A DNA stretch of 64,000 nucleotides from Hamiltosporidium tvaerminnensis FI-OER-3-3 (GCA_022605425.2 CM061247.1:1550001-1614000), one strand, 5' to 3'. Shown: positions 40,142-52,511, counted from the first letter of the stretch. The notes: generated by a model not told the origin, from the sequence alone. Numbers and translations: made by a program.

Positions 40142-40144
40142 CCC
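40142..40144 (+). promoter_or_regulatory. Microsporidian-type CCC start-proximal motif
   Basis: AAAACCC-ATG before transketolase. Equivalent motifs precede RPL35 (42986-42988, minus), the lectin (53822-53826, minus) and the transposase (48226-48228, minus). Confidence 0.65.
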
Positions 40145-42088
40145 ATGTCAGATATTTTATCTATAAATAATATTCGTGTTTTGTGTGCAGAAATGGTTGA
40201 AGAAGCAAAAAGTGGGCATCCCGGGGCACCACTTGGATTAGCACCGTTCGTATATATTCTATTTAAGAATTATATAAGATTTGATCCTGAAGATTCTAAA
40301 TGGATAAACAGAGATATTTTTATATTTTCTAATGGACATGCATGTACACTTGAATATGTAATACGGCATTTATGTGGCTATAAAATTGGTTTGGAGGATT
40401 TAAAGAAATTTAGACAGTTAGGAAGTATAACACCTGGACATCCTGAATTCGGTGTTACTGATGGCGTAGAAGCATCTACTGGTCCTTTAGGACAAGGTAT
40501 ATCAAATGCAGTTGGATATGCTATTGCCTTGGAAAAAATGAAACTTTACAACAAAGAAAGTCTTTTTATATTTGATAATCGGGTATATTGTATTTTTGGG
40601 GATGGCTGCTATCAGGAAGGAATTAGCCATGAAGCTTTTGCTCTGGCTGGTCATTTAAAATTGAGTAATCTTACTTTTATTTATGACAGTAATAAAATTA
40701 CAATCGATGGACCGACCAGTCTTTCTATGTCTGATGATTCTGTTTTAAGATTTAAAAGTTACGGTTTTGAAGTAGAAATTATTGAAGATGGAGATTCAGA
40801 TTTAAAAAAAATGGAAGAAATTTTAAATAAGAAAATTACAAAAACAAAAGTTATAATTTTAAATACAACGATCGGTAAATTCAGTGAATTGGAAGGAAAT
40901 GCCAAAGTCCATGGTGCTCCTCTGGGGATGGAAAATTTAAAAAAACTAAAAGAAAAACTAAATTTTGGTGAAGAAAAATTTTTAGTAAAAAACGAAGTTA
41001 AAGAAATTTTTAAAGAAGTAATTCAACGGAATAAAGAAAATCGAAAGGTTTGGAATGAAAAAATCAAAAAATATCGAATTAAATTTCCAGAAATTTATGA
41101 TGAAATATTTAGAAAAGAAAAAACTGTTTTAAAAATTTCCTATGAAAACCAATCTGGTAAAATAGCGACACGTAAACATTTTTCTGATGCTTTGAATGAA
41201 AATATTTCGAAATTTAAACATTTGATTGGTGGATCAGCAGATTTGACACCATCAAATCTTACAAAATGGAAAGAATCTGAAGATTTTACAGCAGAGAACA
41301 GAAAAGGCAATTATATAAGATTCGGAATCCGTGAACATGCTATGATGGGAATATGCAACGGTATTTCATATTTTGGCCACCATTTCGTTTTTTGTGGTAC
41401 TTTTTTAAATTTTATAACTTATGGATTTCCTTCGCTTCGTCTAGCTTGTTTGACAAATTTAAAAGTTCTTTATGTTATGACACACGACTCTATTGGTTTG
41501 GGAGAAGATGGACCTACGCATCAACCGATAGAAGTTTTATCTTTACTTCGCGCTACTCCCAATCTAACTGTTTTACGACCTGCAGATGGAAGAGAAACAA
41601 GGTTTTGTTTAAAATTTGCCTATGAAAAAGATGGACCTACTGTAGTATGTCTGAGCAGACAGAACCTACCAGATCTGAATAATTCTTCAATCGATTTATC
41701 GTACAATGGGGCATATTTTATTAAAGAAAGTGAAAATCCGGAAATAATTTTAATATCAACCGGATCAGAAGTTTGTTTGGCATTAGAATGTGCAGAAATT
41801 TTACAGAAAAAAAATAAAAAAGTTTCTGTCGTTTCAATGATTTCCTTTGAACTTTTTGAAAAGCAATCTGAATCCTACAAACAAAAAATTTTACCACCAA
41901 AAGTTATTAAAATAAGTATTGAGGCTTCAAGTACGTTTGGATGGCAAAAATATTCAAATTTTCAAATAGGAATCGATTCTTTTGGAAAATCTGCTAAATA
42001 CGAAGATATTTATGACTATTTCGGATTTACGCCTGATAAACTGTCTGACAGGATTTTATCTCTTCTTCAAGTAAACTTTAATTGCTAA
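40145..42088 (+). CDS. TKL1: Transketolase
   Basis: SGHPGAPLG, NRD..SNGH, TPGHPE, TGPLGQG, the GDG..EG TPP-binding motif, FGIREHAM, THDSIGLGEDGPTHQP; 647 aa. Confidence 0.99.
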   Translation: MSDILSINNIRVLCAEMVEEAKSGHPGAPLGLAPFVYILFKNYIRFDPEDSKWINRDIFIFSNGHACTLEYVIRHLCGYKIGLEDLKKFRQLGSITPGHPEFGVTDGVEASTGPLGQGISNAVGYAIALEKMKLYNKESLFIFDNRVYCIFGDGCYQEGISHEAFALAGHLKLSNLTFIYDSNKITIDGPTSLSMSDDSVLRFKSYGFEVEIIEDGDSDLKKMEEILNKKITKTKVIILNTTIGKFSELEGNAKVHGAPLGMENLKKLKEKLNFGEEKFLVKNEVKEIFKEVIQRNKENRKVWNEKIKKYRIKFPEIYDEIFRKEKTVLKISYENQSGKIATRKHFSDALNENISKFKHLIGGSADLTPSNLTKWKESEDFTAENRKGNYIRFGIREHAMMGICNGISYFGHHFVFCGTFLNFITYGFPSLRLACLTNLKVLYVMTHDSIGLGEDGPTHQPIEVLSLLRATPNLTVLRPADGRETRFCLKFAYEKDGPTVVCLSRQNLPDLNNSSIDLSYNGAYFIKESENPEIILISTGSEVCLALECAEILQKKNKKVSVVSMISFELFEKQSESYKQKILPPKVIKISIEASSTFGWQKYSNFQIGIDSFGKSAKYEDIYDYFGFTPDKLSDRILSLLQVNFNC

Positions 42089-42114
42089 AATTTTATTTAT
42101 TTAATTTTCGGACA

Positions 42115-42370
42115 CACAAATACTTTCCCCTTTAAATATTTTATTTTATCTTTCAATTATTTTAATAAAATTTTTTTTTTTCTTATAAACATACAGATAC
42201 TTTCCCCTTTAAATATTTTATTTTATCTTTCAATTATTTTAATAAAATTTTTTTTTTTCTTATAAACATACAAATCCTTTCCCCTTTAAATATTTAATCC
42301 TAGCTTTCCTTATTTAATAAAAATTTATTTTTTTTTATTTTTCACAACCAAATTTTTCTTTTAAATACCT
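42115..42370. repeat. 77-bp tandem repeat downstream of transketolase
   Basis: TACTTTCCCCTTTAAATATTT at 42121 and 42198, variant at 42275, degenerate fourth unit near 42353. Confidence 0.9.
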
Positions 42371-42620
42371 AAAGACTACAAAAATTAATTAAAATATTCT
42401 AAAATTATAAATAAGCAGCGAACAAATTCAAATTTACAATTTTAAATTACCTAAGATTTTAGAAAAACAAACGAAATTACAAATTATTAAAAAAATAATT
42501 AAAAATAAAAAATTTAAATTATAAATGAATAACCAAAGAATTGTGCATCCTTTGTTTTGAAAATAATAAAAAATTGCAAAATTTTAAATTTCTTACAGAA
42601 TAAAAAAATAAATAAAAAAT

Positions 42621-42983
42621 TTATTCCGCATAACTAAAATAGACCTTAGGAAACAATTTTCTTGTTTTTCTTACTCGATGTACTTTCATACTCAACTGTT
42701 TGGGTGTCAAAGCTAATCTTTTAGCTTTAGTAAGTTTAGGCATCAAATGTTTAGGAAGTTTGGCTGCATCTTTATATTTATCAATCTCTTCTAACAACTC
42801 CTTCTCTCTCAAAACACCAATAGCTCGAGCTAGATTCTTTCTGGCTTCAAACATTTCATTTGGTTCAATATTTCCAGATGCTTTCTTCTGTCGCAATGAA
42901 AGAAGAACACTACGAAGATCTAATATTGTTTTACTTAAATCTTCTTTTGATTGCACTTTAAAGAAATCCCTTTCTATTTTCAT
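42621..42983 (-). CDS. RPL35: 60S ribosomal protein L35 (uL29)
   Basis: 120 aa basic protein; SKEDL..LxDLRxxLxSLR, RKNLAR, KLTKAKRLALT and C-terminal FPKVYF match eukaryotic L35. Confidence 0.93.
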   Translation of the reverse strand: MKIERDFFKVQSKEDLSKTILDLRSVLLSLRQKKASGNIEPNEMFEARKNLARAIGVLREKELLEEIDKYKDAAKLPKHLMPKLTKAKRLALTPKQLSMKVHRVRKTRKLFPKVYFSYAE

Positions 42984-43210
42984 GTGGGCTTAAAAAAAGA
43001 AATTTTTGTAAAAAAATATTTTGTAAAATTTAATTATTCGTAATTCAAAAAAAAAGTAAAAAATAAAAAAAGATTTGTAAATTTTGTACAAATAAAGAGT
43101 TATGAAACAAATAAATCTATTAACTCATTTATAGAGTTTTTCGATCAATATAATAATCCTCGCAATCAATATAATAATTATTTTTAAAAAATAAAAATTT
43201 GAAAAAGAAA

Positions 43211-46200
43211 AAATGGGTAGAAGAAAAAAAGTTGACTGCGAAAATATAAAAAATGAAGAAATAAAGGCTGTAAACAACTCGGAAATTAGTTTAAAAGAGA
43301 CAAAAACGTGTGATAGAGATGTAGTGATTATATCCGAGACACTTCCACCACAACCGACCATCCATAATAACACCCACTCCCCATCGAGCACTATTTTATA
43401 TGTTACTCCAGTCAGCCTGCTCGATTCCGCACCCCCGTCTTCCTGTCCCGATTCTTCTGCGTGTGGACCAGCCAACACAATGGAAAACCGCAATGCACCT
43501 GCCATTCCAGAAGGAAATCGACTGATGGTATTGCATTCAATACTTGACTCTGTCACAGCCGTAGAGCAGGAATGGCCTAGATCTGCTATGTCAGCAGTGC
43601 AAAAAAGGTTTGAGAGAATGCCTAGAAATGGCTGGTCTGCAATTCTTAGGTACTATAATGGGAAATTTGGTCGAACTGTTGATATCGATGTGTTAAAAAA
43701 ATTAACACATAATGAGGCAGAAAGGGAAATAAGTCAAGAAGAGAATGGAGAGCGACGTAGAATCGCCACTTGTCTCGCCGAGCCATGTTCCTTAACTGAC
43801 ACTACACTCTATATGAACCTGAGAGAAAAGTTCTTGTGTAAAATCAAGGAACTCTCTGAGAAGGAAATCGGAGATGTAGTGGTCCGAACTAGAAAACTTC
43901 GAAGTGAATTGGTTGATAGTAAAGTTTTGGAACCCATAAATCGGATCACAGGTGAATAGGCTGAATTTCATGTGCCTAAGAATTTTAGTGATGCAGCTCG
44001 AATCATCCAGGCGGCCCAGGTATGCTATGACGAGGAAACGCGTAGGAGAAGCCCAGATCTGCTTGGAAGGAAAACATAGAAAGTAAAATTTCTAAGTTAG
44101 TACTTTTCAAAGACCTCCTCGAGAAGGCTCGAAAACAGGAAAAGCTCACTACTTTGGAAACGAAAAGTCTCAAAAAAATTATGCGAGAGTGAAATCTAGA
44201 CTTAAGCAAAGTAAATGATCTCTCTGAGGCTTTGGTTAAGAAGAATGAGGCTTTGAATGTGTACGAGAAAAAAATTACGATGTATGAAAGCTGGAGGAAA
44301 TTTCGAAAAGAGAATCGTATGTTTGAGTTATTCTGAGGTCGATTCTATCGAGGGCTATCTGAGCGCGTTGAATCTGAGCATGTGGTTCATCGTGACTAAA
44401 TTTCAGAATTTTGGTCTACAATGTATAACAAAAATAAAAAAGTAGTTACATATGATGAGTATTTGATATCTTTCGTGTCAGATACGCACCAGACCACGTT
44501 TCCTTCACTTTAAGAGTTTATAGATATTATCAATTGGCTGCCTAACTGGAAAGCCGCTGGAATTGATGGTATTTATAACTTTTACATCAAGAAACTTACG
44601 AGCCTTCATAAATATCTTTACGATATTGTGAAAGCCATATGTTTAGAAGGAACGCCTCAAGCCGATTGGTATTATTGTGAACTTACTTATCTGATACCTA
44701 AAGGTACACCAAAGACTGGCTCTGATTACAGGCCAATAACCTGTATGTCAAACCTGTAAAACTGACTACAAAATGTGTTACTAAAGTGGTTCAGGTTGAG
44801 GTGGAAAGACGAGGATTACTTTCGGATAATCAGTTGGGAGCGGTTAGAGGAGTGCAAGGAGCGAAAGAACGGTCCTCTTCAACATTGCCTTGATAAATAA
44901 TGTGTAAACAATCTTAAGGCAACATAGATTGATGCCAAGAAAGCCCGTGATTCAATAGATCAGGCTTATTAGACTCAATGTATTGAAAAACTTTCTTTAC
45001 CTGATTGGATTCTGAAATTTATTAAGCTAATTATTTCAAAATGGAAAATTGATATATCAGTAGGGCCTGAAAAAATCATGAGCAAGAAGATTGATAGAGG
45101 GATTCTGCAAGGAGATAGTTTGTCATCATTGTTGTTTGTGTTGTGTATGGATCCATTGAGCCGAATGCTTAATGAAAAATTCAAAAAAGATACAGTACAA
45201 ACAGATGCATAATCCCATTCTATATATTATCTCTTGTTTATTGATGATCTTAAGCTCCTTGCAAAAGACAGCTCCACATTAAGTGTTATGACAGGCGAGG
45301 TAAAGGAATTTTTAGAGCTGATTGGGTTAGAGATTAACAAAGAGAAGTCAGCCACAACTGATACGTGTTGTGAAGATACTGCTACTCTTCTAGAAGGAGT
45401 TAGTGTTTACAAATATTTAGGAATAATAGAAGATAGCAGAGGAATCCCAACACGTAGCTCATTTGAAGAAGTACAGAGCAAACTTATATCAAGAGTTGAA
45501 AGACTTTGTCACACTAGATTAAATGCAAAAAATTTATTTTCTGCAATCAATCAACATGCGATATCGTTAATCAACTACCACATAGGAGTACTTCGACTTG
45601 AACCGGCTGACTTCTCTAAGTTAGATGATGCAGTGCGTGCGGTGTTGGTGAAGAATAAGATACATCTCCGCCCAGGATGTAAAGAGCGTTTATACCTTCC
45701 TAGAACAGAACTTGGAAGAGGCCTACATAGTGTTGAGTTGCGAAGCGAACATATGCTTCTGCAACTCTTGGATTGTCTGGCAAAACATAAAGATACATCG
45801 ACCAGAAGAGCAGCAATCCTAAAGGTTGAGAATAATGATAAAACCCATCTTTCTCTAATTAAAAACTTTTTAAAAATAAAATACGGGTTGGAAGAGGAAG
45901 TCACAAAAAAGAAATTGGAAGAAGCTTAACTAGCTAACCTATATAACGAAATCAAAAACCAAAAACTACATTCAAAGTTATATAGCGCTAGAAATAACGA
46001 GCTGGTAAGTGTAAATGACTCCTCAAGATGGTTAAAGAAAGGAAGTGTAAGACCGCGTGATGAAGCAGTGTTCTGTTACATCCAGGATAGAAATGTATTC
46101 TGGGGTGCAGAAGGTATGTGTCAACACTGCAACCAGCCTAGGAAAACAGTTGATCACTTAGCAACGAGATGTGAAAAAATCCTAGGCCATGACTACACCA

Positions 46201-46994
46201 GACGGTATAATTAATTGATTAGATGCCTACACTTACTTTTCTTAAATAGATATAAGTTTAAGTCCTCAAAGCGAATTAAGAATCACACAGTTCAAGAAAT
46301 TCTTGATAATTAGTATGCAGAGATAAGAGTGGACACCAGAATAAAAACTGATGTTAAAATTCGGAATAACAGACCCGACATATTTATTTTAGATAAGAAG
46401 AAGAATAAGATAACACTCATTGAAGTGGGAATCACTTCCCAAGACTCTCTTCAAATAGTTTAAACAGAGAAGCTTAGGAAGTATGACCTATTAGCAAATG
46501 AGTTAGGTCTTATTTATAAATGCAGTGTAGAGATAATTCCTTATGTGATGACCTGGGACGGTATTGTGACAAAATACCATAAGACGTATGTTAAGAGACT
46601 GCAAATACACATGAATGTAGAGGCATATTTCCAATACATAGTACTCAAGAAGACAGTCGAAACAATTTCTTTTGATCGACGAAGAGGACTTGAGTCTGGA
46701 CCAAATGCCGAGGAGAGCTGGGAGAGAGCATCATTAAGTGTTATTTTAGGAGCTGAGATGCATAAACAACCAATACCCCCTTTAAAGCAAGTAGACAACG
46801 AGGAAGATGATGTTAAAACGGAAAATACAAAAAATATTTTACCCCTTATCTTGGATGGTATAACCACAGCAAAGGAACCATCAACTAATACAAATGAAGA
46901 GTTGGAGTTGGAGGAAGAAATAGAAGTGGTTGAAATGGTGGAAAGAATTATTTAGAAAAGAGAAATATTTGTTAACCCAGAATTTTATAAATAA
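43211..46994 (+). mobile_element. Full-length, degenerate R4/Dong-like non-LTR retrotransposon nested in the Tc1-like element
   Basis: Fragmented ORF from ATG 43213 through NWKAAGIDG, RPITC, GILQGDSLS, LFIDDLKL, YKYLG and RLE motifs; 3' end CCCAGAATTTTATAAATAA; degenerate TSD TGAAAAAGAAA / TGAAAAAAATA. Confidence 0.95.
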
Positions 46995-47059
46995 TGAAAA
47001 AAATAGAAATTTAAAAAATAAAAATTTAAAACAAAAATTTAACTAGTACCTGAGATCTA

Positions 47060-48225
47060 TTATTCAAGAATCACTTGCCCTACTTCAGCCTTTTGCAAAT
47101 ATACTAAAATTTTACGGTAAAAAGAACTACAATGTTCTCCCGTGATCTCATTAAATTTTTCACAAATCAATATGCTTAACTGAGGCTCAGCACGAGCACA
47201 ACCTCGAATTACTTTATTTTTCCAGACCGAGAATACATTCTCAATTGAATTAAGAAATGGAGAGTAAGGTGGAAGATATTTTATTCGATACGAAGCAATT
47301 TCATCATCATCATTCAATCCACGATAGTGATGAATTCTCGCATTGTCCATTACAAAAATCCGAGTCAAAATTCCTTGCTGTTGACAACTTTCATTAATCT
47401 CCTTAATAGATAATTTGAAATCCTCACCATTTACGGCTCTCTCATGAATCTTATGGTATATCATACCATATTTGTTCATTGCTGCGACTACTGCAATATT
47501 TCTACTTCGGGCTGCTGTTACAGATAAGTATGCAGATTCACCTCTCATATTACGACCTCTAATGGGGCTTGTTCTACTGCAAACCCAACTTCATCTAAAA
47601 ATACAAAGTTTTTGTCATCGTTATCAACCTCCAACTCACGAAAACCAGTTGCGTAATTGGTTCTTAACTCAATTGTCGAAATTTTATTTCTACGCTCAGG
47701 CACTACTGTTACACGCTTTATAGTGTAATGGAACTCCCCGAGTGCGCGATCAATTTACTAGTTGACACATCAACATTAAATGTACATTTGACCCATTCTG
47801 CCAACTCATACAGGGTTTTTGTACACTCCAAATCAACATATGTTTGTAAGCTCTCTTTTATTTCCAAAGTTAACTTTGGCGCCTATCACCACCTCTTTTC
47901 TCGACAAATACCAAGCCGGTTTTTAAATATCGTCTAACGAAACTATTAACCGTTTGGTAATTTATTCGATGCATCGAGGCAATTGCGGACATCAATAGCC
48001 TTCTAATGTTTTTTCAATTGTGCGTTCCCGATCATTAACAGAAACCATTTGTTTCCTCAGAGTTGGAATGGTGGATAGTGGAAGATTTTCATCGTGTGAT
48101 CCAGATGTTTCCACAAGAAACTTCAAAACATTGTCATTTTCGCACTCTATACATTCCGGTGTTTCACCTACATGAAAATCATATTTGTTCTTCTTGGTAT
48201 TTTTACCCGAAAAAGAATTTGACAT
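47060..48225 (-). pseudogene. DD34E transposase pseudogene
   Basis: FLDEVGF (about 47585-47605), VMDNARIHH and YLPPYSPFLNSIE with 34 residues between the second D and E; frameshifted; ATG 48225 preceded by CCC. Confidence 0.9.
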
Positions 48226-48354
48226 GGGAGTTAATTTTATAATGAATGAATTATTTTTCAAATTATTATATTGATTGCAAGGATTATTATATTGATCGAA
48301 AAACCCTATATATAACAATTTTGAAATATAAATATCTGAAAGAATAAAGACCAA

Positions 48355-48650
48355 AATAATTTTTATTTTAATTCAATTTTATCAAATTTTTATTTAATTC
48401 AATTTTAAAATATTTGATATAGATAAGTGTATTTTAATAAATTTTTATTTTAATTCAATTTTATCAAATTTTTATTTTAATTCAATTTTATCAAATTTTT
48501 ATTTAATTCAATTTTAAAATATTTGATATTAATAAGTTTATTTTAATAAATTTTTATTTTAATTCAATTCTACTAAATTTTTATTTAATTCAATTTTAAA
48601 ATATTTGATATTAATAAGTTTATTTTAATTCAATTCTAATAAATTTATAG
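48355..48650. repeat. AT-rich tandem array (about 27-bp subunits in higher-order units)
   Basis: TTTAATTCAATTTTATCAAATTTTTA recurs; AAAATATTTGATAT at about 48407, 48516 and 48598. Confidence 0.85.
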
Positions 48651-48713
48651 TTTTTAAATCATATTTCTATTTTAATATTTTTTATTAATAAATATACAAT
48701 TTACTAAACTGTT

Positions 48714-51700
48714 ATATGGGTATAAGAAAATATTTAGGCAGCGAAAAACAAGAAGAAAAAATAATAAAGGCTGCAAACAGGGCAAGTGAAATGGATGAGG
48801 TAATTAGAGAGTGTAAAAACGAACAGGGGATTCCACAGCCAAGCTCATACACACCATCCACCATCATAAATAACATTTCTATACCACCAAGCGAAGCAAA
48901 CACAAACACAAAGGTATGCTTGCTTAACACCATACCCTCGCCATCTAACCCTATGCATTCAAGCACCGTGACCCCTAGGCCAGATATAGCTGCTAGTTGG
49001 CCAAACCTTTGTACCATACCTATTTCCGAAAGGCTCGTTGTACTCCGATCCATACTCAGATCTATAGAGGCCGAGCGTCAAGAATTTATTCGATGTGTTC
49101 TTTTTGCAGTACAAACAAGGTTTGACCGAATGCCTAGAAATGGATGGAAAGAGATACAGAGCTACTATAATGAGAAGTTTTCCTGTACCGAAACTATCGA
49201 TGTGCTAAAAAGAATGGCACACAATAAGACGGAAGAGGAAATTAGGCAGGAAGAGAATGGAGAGCGACGTCGAATCGCCACTTGTCTCGCCGAGCCATGT
49301 TCCTTGACCGATGCTACTCGATTTATAAGCCTGAGAGAAAAATACTTGAGTAATATCAAAAAAATATCTGAGGAGGAAAGAGGAAAAGTAGTAGTCCGAA
49401 CTCGAAAGCTTCCAAATGAATTGGTTGACACTACAGTTCTTGATCTTATTAATCGAATAGTCGGTGAATATGCTGACTCTCATGTACCTATGACGATAAC
49501 AGACGTTGCCCGAATTATCCAGACAGCACAGGTATGTTATGACGATGAAACACGTAAAGAGAGGCCAAGATCAGCGTGGAAAGAAAGCATTGAGAGTAAA
49601 ATTTCAGTGTTAAAACTTTCAAAAGATATCCTCGAGAAAGCACGTAGACGGGAAGAACTCTCCTCTTCTCAAACTAAAAGTCTTAAAAAAATTATGCGAG
49701 AGTTTAATTTAGACCTAAACAAAACAAATGATCTATCGGAGGCTTTAGTTAAGAAGAATGAGCTGATAACTGTTTACGAAAAAAAACTTACGATGTACGA
49801 AAGTAGGAAGCAATTCCGAAAAGAGAATCGTATGTTTGAGTTGTTCCGAGGTAGATATTATCGTGGTCTGTCTGAGCGTGTGGAATCCGAGCATGTGGTT
49901 AATCGTGACGAAATTGTAAGTTTTTGGTCCACAATGTGGAACAAAAATAATGAAATAGTTACGTATGATGAGTATCTGATACCTTTCGTGCAGGATACTC
50001 ACCAGGCCACGTTTCCTTCACTTGATGAATTTGTAGATATTATCAATTGGCTTCCTAACTGGAAAGCCGCCGGAATTGATGGGATCTACAATTTTTATAT
50101 CAAGAAACTTACGACTCTTCACAAGTATCTTTATGATATTGTGAAAGCCATATGTTTTGAAGGAACACCACAGGCTAATTGGTTTTATCATGGGCTAACG
50201 TATCTCATTCCAAAAAGCGTACCACAAAAAGGCTCCGACTATAGGCCAATAACTTGTATGTCAAACCTTTACAAGCTGACGACAAAGTGTGTTACAAAAG
50301 TTGTTCAGCTTGAGGTAGAGAGGCGAGGGTTACTAGCAGATAATCAATTGGGTGCAGTGAGAGGTGTGCAAGGAGCGAAGGAGCAGGCCCTGCTAAATGT
50401 TCCTATTAATAAAGAGTATGGAAACAATCTTAAGGCAACGTGGATTGATGTCAAAAAAGCGTATGATTCAATAGATCATGCTTATTTGACACAAGTCATC
50501 GAAAACCTTAATTTACCTGATTGGATCCTGGAATTTATTAAGGTAACAATATCAAAATGGAAAATTGATATTTCGGTAGGGTCTGAAAAAATTATGAACA
50601 AGAAGATTGATAAGGGGATTCTACAGGGAGATAGTTTGTCACCCTTATTGTTTGTGCTGTGTATGGATCCATTGAGCCGTAAACTCAATGAAGAATACGC
50701 AAAGGTGACAATACAAACGGAGGATGCATCCCACTCTACCAATCATCTCTTGTTCATTGATGATCTTAAGCTCCTTGCCAAAGATGGAACAACGCTTGAA
50801 AAGATGACGGAGGAAGTAAAAATGTTTATGAAAAATATAGGATTAGAAATAAACAGAGAGAAGTCGGCCACAAATGATTCGTGTTGTGAGAATACTGCTA
50901 CTCTTCTTGAAGGAATAGGTGTTTACAAATACCTCGGAATAATAGAAGATAGCAGAGGAATTCCAACACGTAAGTCGTTTGAGGAAGTACAAACCAAACT
51001 GATAGCGAGGGTAGAGAGACTTTGCCGCACGAGATTGAATGCAAGAAATTTATTTCAAGCTATCAATTAACATGCGATATCTCTAATAAACTATCATATA
51101 GGTGTACTTCGACTTGAACCTGGCGACTTCTCAAAGTTGGATGACGCAGTACGTGCAGTTTTAATAAAGAACAAGATACATCTTCGCCCAGGATGTAAAG
51201 AGCGTCTGTACCTTCCCAGAACAGAACTTGGGAGAGGTCTTCATAGTGTTGAGTTCAAAAGCGAACATATGCTTTTGCAACTCTTGGATTGTCTGGAAAA
51301 ATCTAAAGAAACATCGACCAGAAGAGCAGCAATCCTTAAGGTGGAGAATGATAATAAAACCCATCTTGCACTAATAAAAGACTTTTTACAAGTAAAATAC
51401 GGGATGGCAGAGGAGGTCACTAAAAATAAATTAGATGAAGCTCAACTAGCTAACTTATATAACGAAATAGAAAAACGAAAACTACATTCAAAGTTATATA
51501 ATGCTAGAAACAACGAGCTAGTAAGCGTAAATGACTCCTCAAGATGGCTAAAGAAAGGAAGTGTAAGACCGCGTGATGAAGCAGTGTTCTGTTATATCCA
51601 GGATAGAAACGTATTTTGGGGAGCAGAAGGTGTGTGTCAACACTGCAACACGTCTAGAAAAACAGTAGACCATTTAGCAACGAGATGTGAAAAAATGCTT

Positions 51701-52511
51701 GGTCATGACTATACTAGACGACACAATGAAGTGGTACGATGTATACATTTGCTCTTGTTAAATAAATATAAATTCAAGTCTTCAAAACGAATCAGAAGCC
51801 ACTCAGTTCAAGAAATTCTTGATAATGAGTATGCAGAGATAAGAGTGTCACCAGAATAAAAACTGATGTCAAAATTCGAAATAATAGGCCAGATATATTC
51901 GTTTTAAACAAGAGACGAAATAAGATTACCCTCATTGAAGTAGGAATCACCTCCCAAGACTCACTTCAAATAGTTGAAACAGAGAAACTTAGGAAGTATG
52001 ACCTATTAGCAAATGAGCTGGGTCTTATTTACAAATGTAGTGTAGAGATAATTCCTTATGTGATAACATGGGACGGTATTGTGACAAAATACCATAAGAC
52101 TTATCTTAAAAGATTACAAATACCCATTAATGTAGAGGCATACATTCAGTCCATAGTACTTAAGAAAACAGTCGAAATGATTTCCTTCGATCGACGAAGA
52201 GGAATTGAGTCAGGACCAAGTGCCGAAGAGAGCTGGGAGAGAGCGTCATTAAGTGTTATTATAGGAGCTGAGATGCATAAACAGCCAACACCCCCCTTAA
52301 AAGAAGTGAAGAACGAGGAAGATAGTGTTAAACAAGTAAATTCAAAAAATATTTTACCCCTTATTTTAGATGACGTAACCAGACCAGAGGAACCGAAGAT
52401 AGACATTAATGATAAGTCGGATGTAGAAAAAGAGAATAAAGTGGTTAAAGTGATGGAAGAAATTAGTTAAACGAGAGAAAATTTGTTAACCCAGAATTTT
52501 ATTAAATAAAA
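48714..52511 (+). mobile_element. Near-intact full-length R4/Dong-like RT-RLE non-LTR retrotransposon (3.8 kb)
   Basis: Single ORF 48716-52470 (about 1250 aa reconstructed) broken by one stop (51068-51070) and a 1-nt deletion (about 51847). All RT motifs (FIDD), CCHC and RHN/PD/E/KxxKY present. 12-bp TSD TACTAAACTGTT (48702-48713) / TACTGAACTGTT (52512-52523). Confidence 0.97.

Larger units (their letters stand above)
43132..48308 (-). mobile_element. Tc1/mariner-IS630 (DD34E) DNA transposon containing a nested LINE
   Basis: 48-bp TIRs at 43132-43179 and 48261-48308 (2 mismatches; each holds ATCAATATAATAAT twice), TA on both sides (43130-43131, 48309-48310), transposase remnants inside. Confidence 0.9.

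Noticed and set aside
43132-48308. Fanzor/TnpB cargo in the IS630/Tc1 element
   Set aside because: The interior is accounted for by the transposase and the nested LINE; no RuvC or zinc-ribbon ORF was seen.
14774-52406. Short antisense or overlapping ORFs in the track (e.g. 14774, 20422, 22808, 41353, 42700, 45575, 49165, 52146)
   Set aside because: Shadows of real genes or retroelement ORFs with no independent coding signal.
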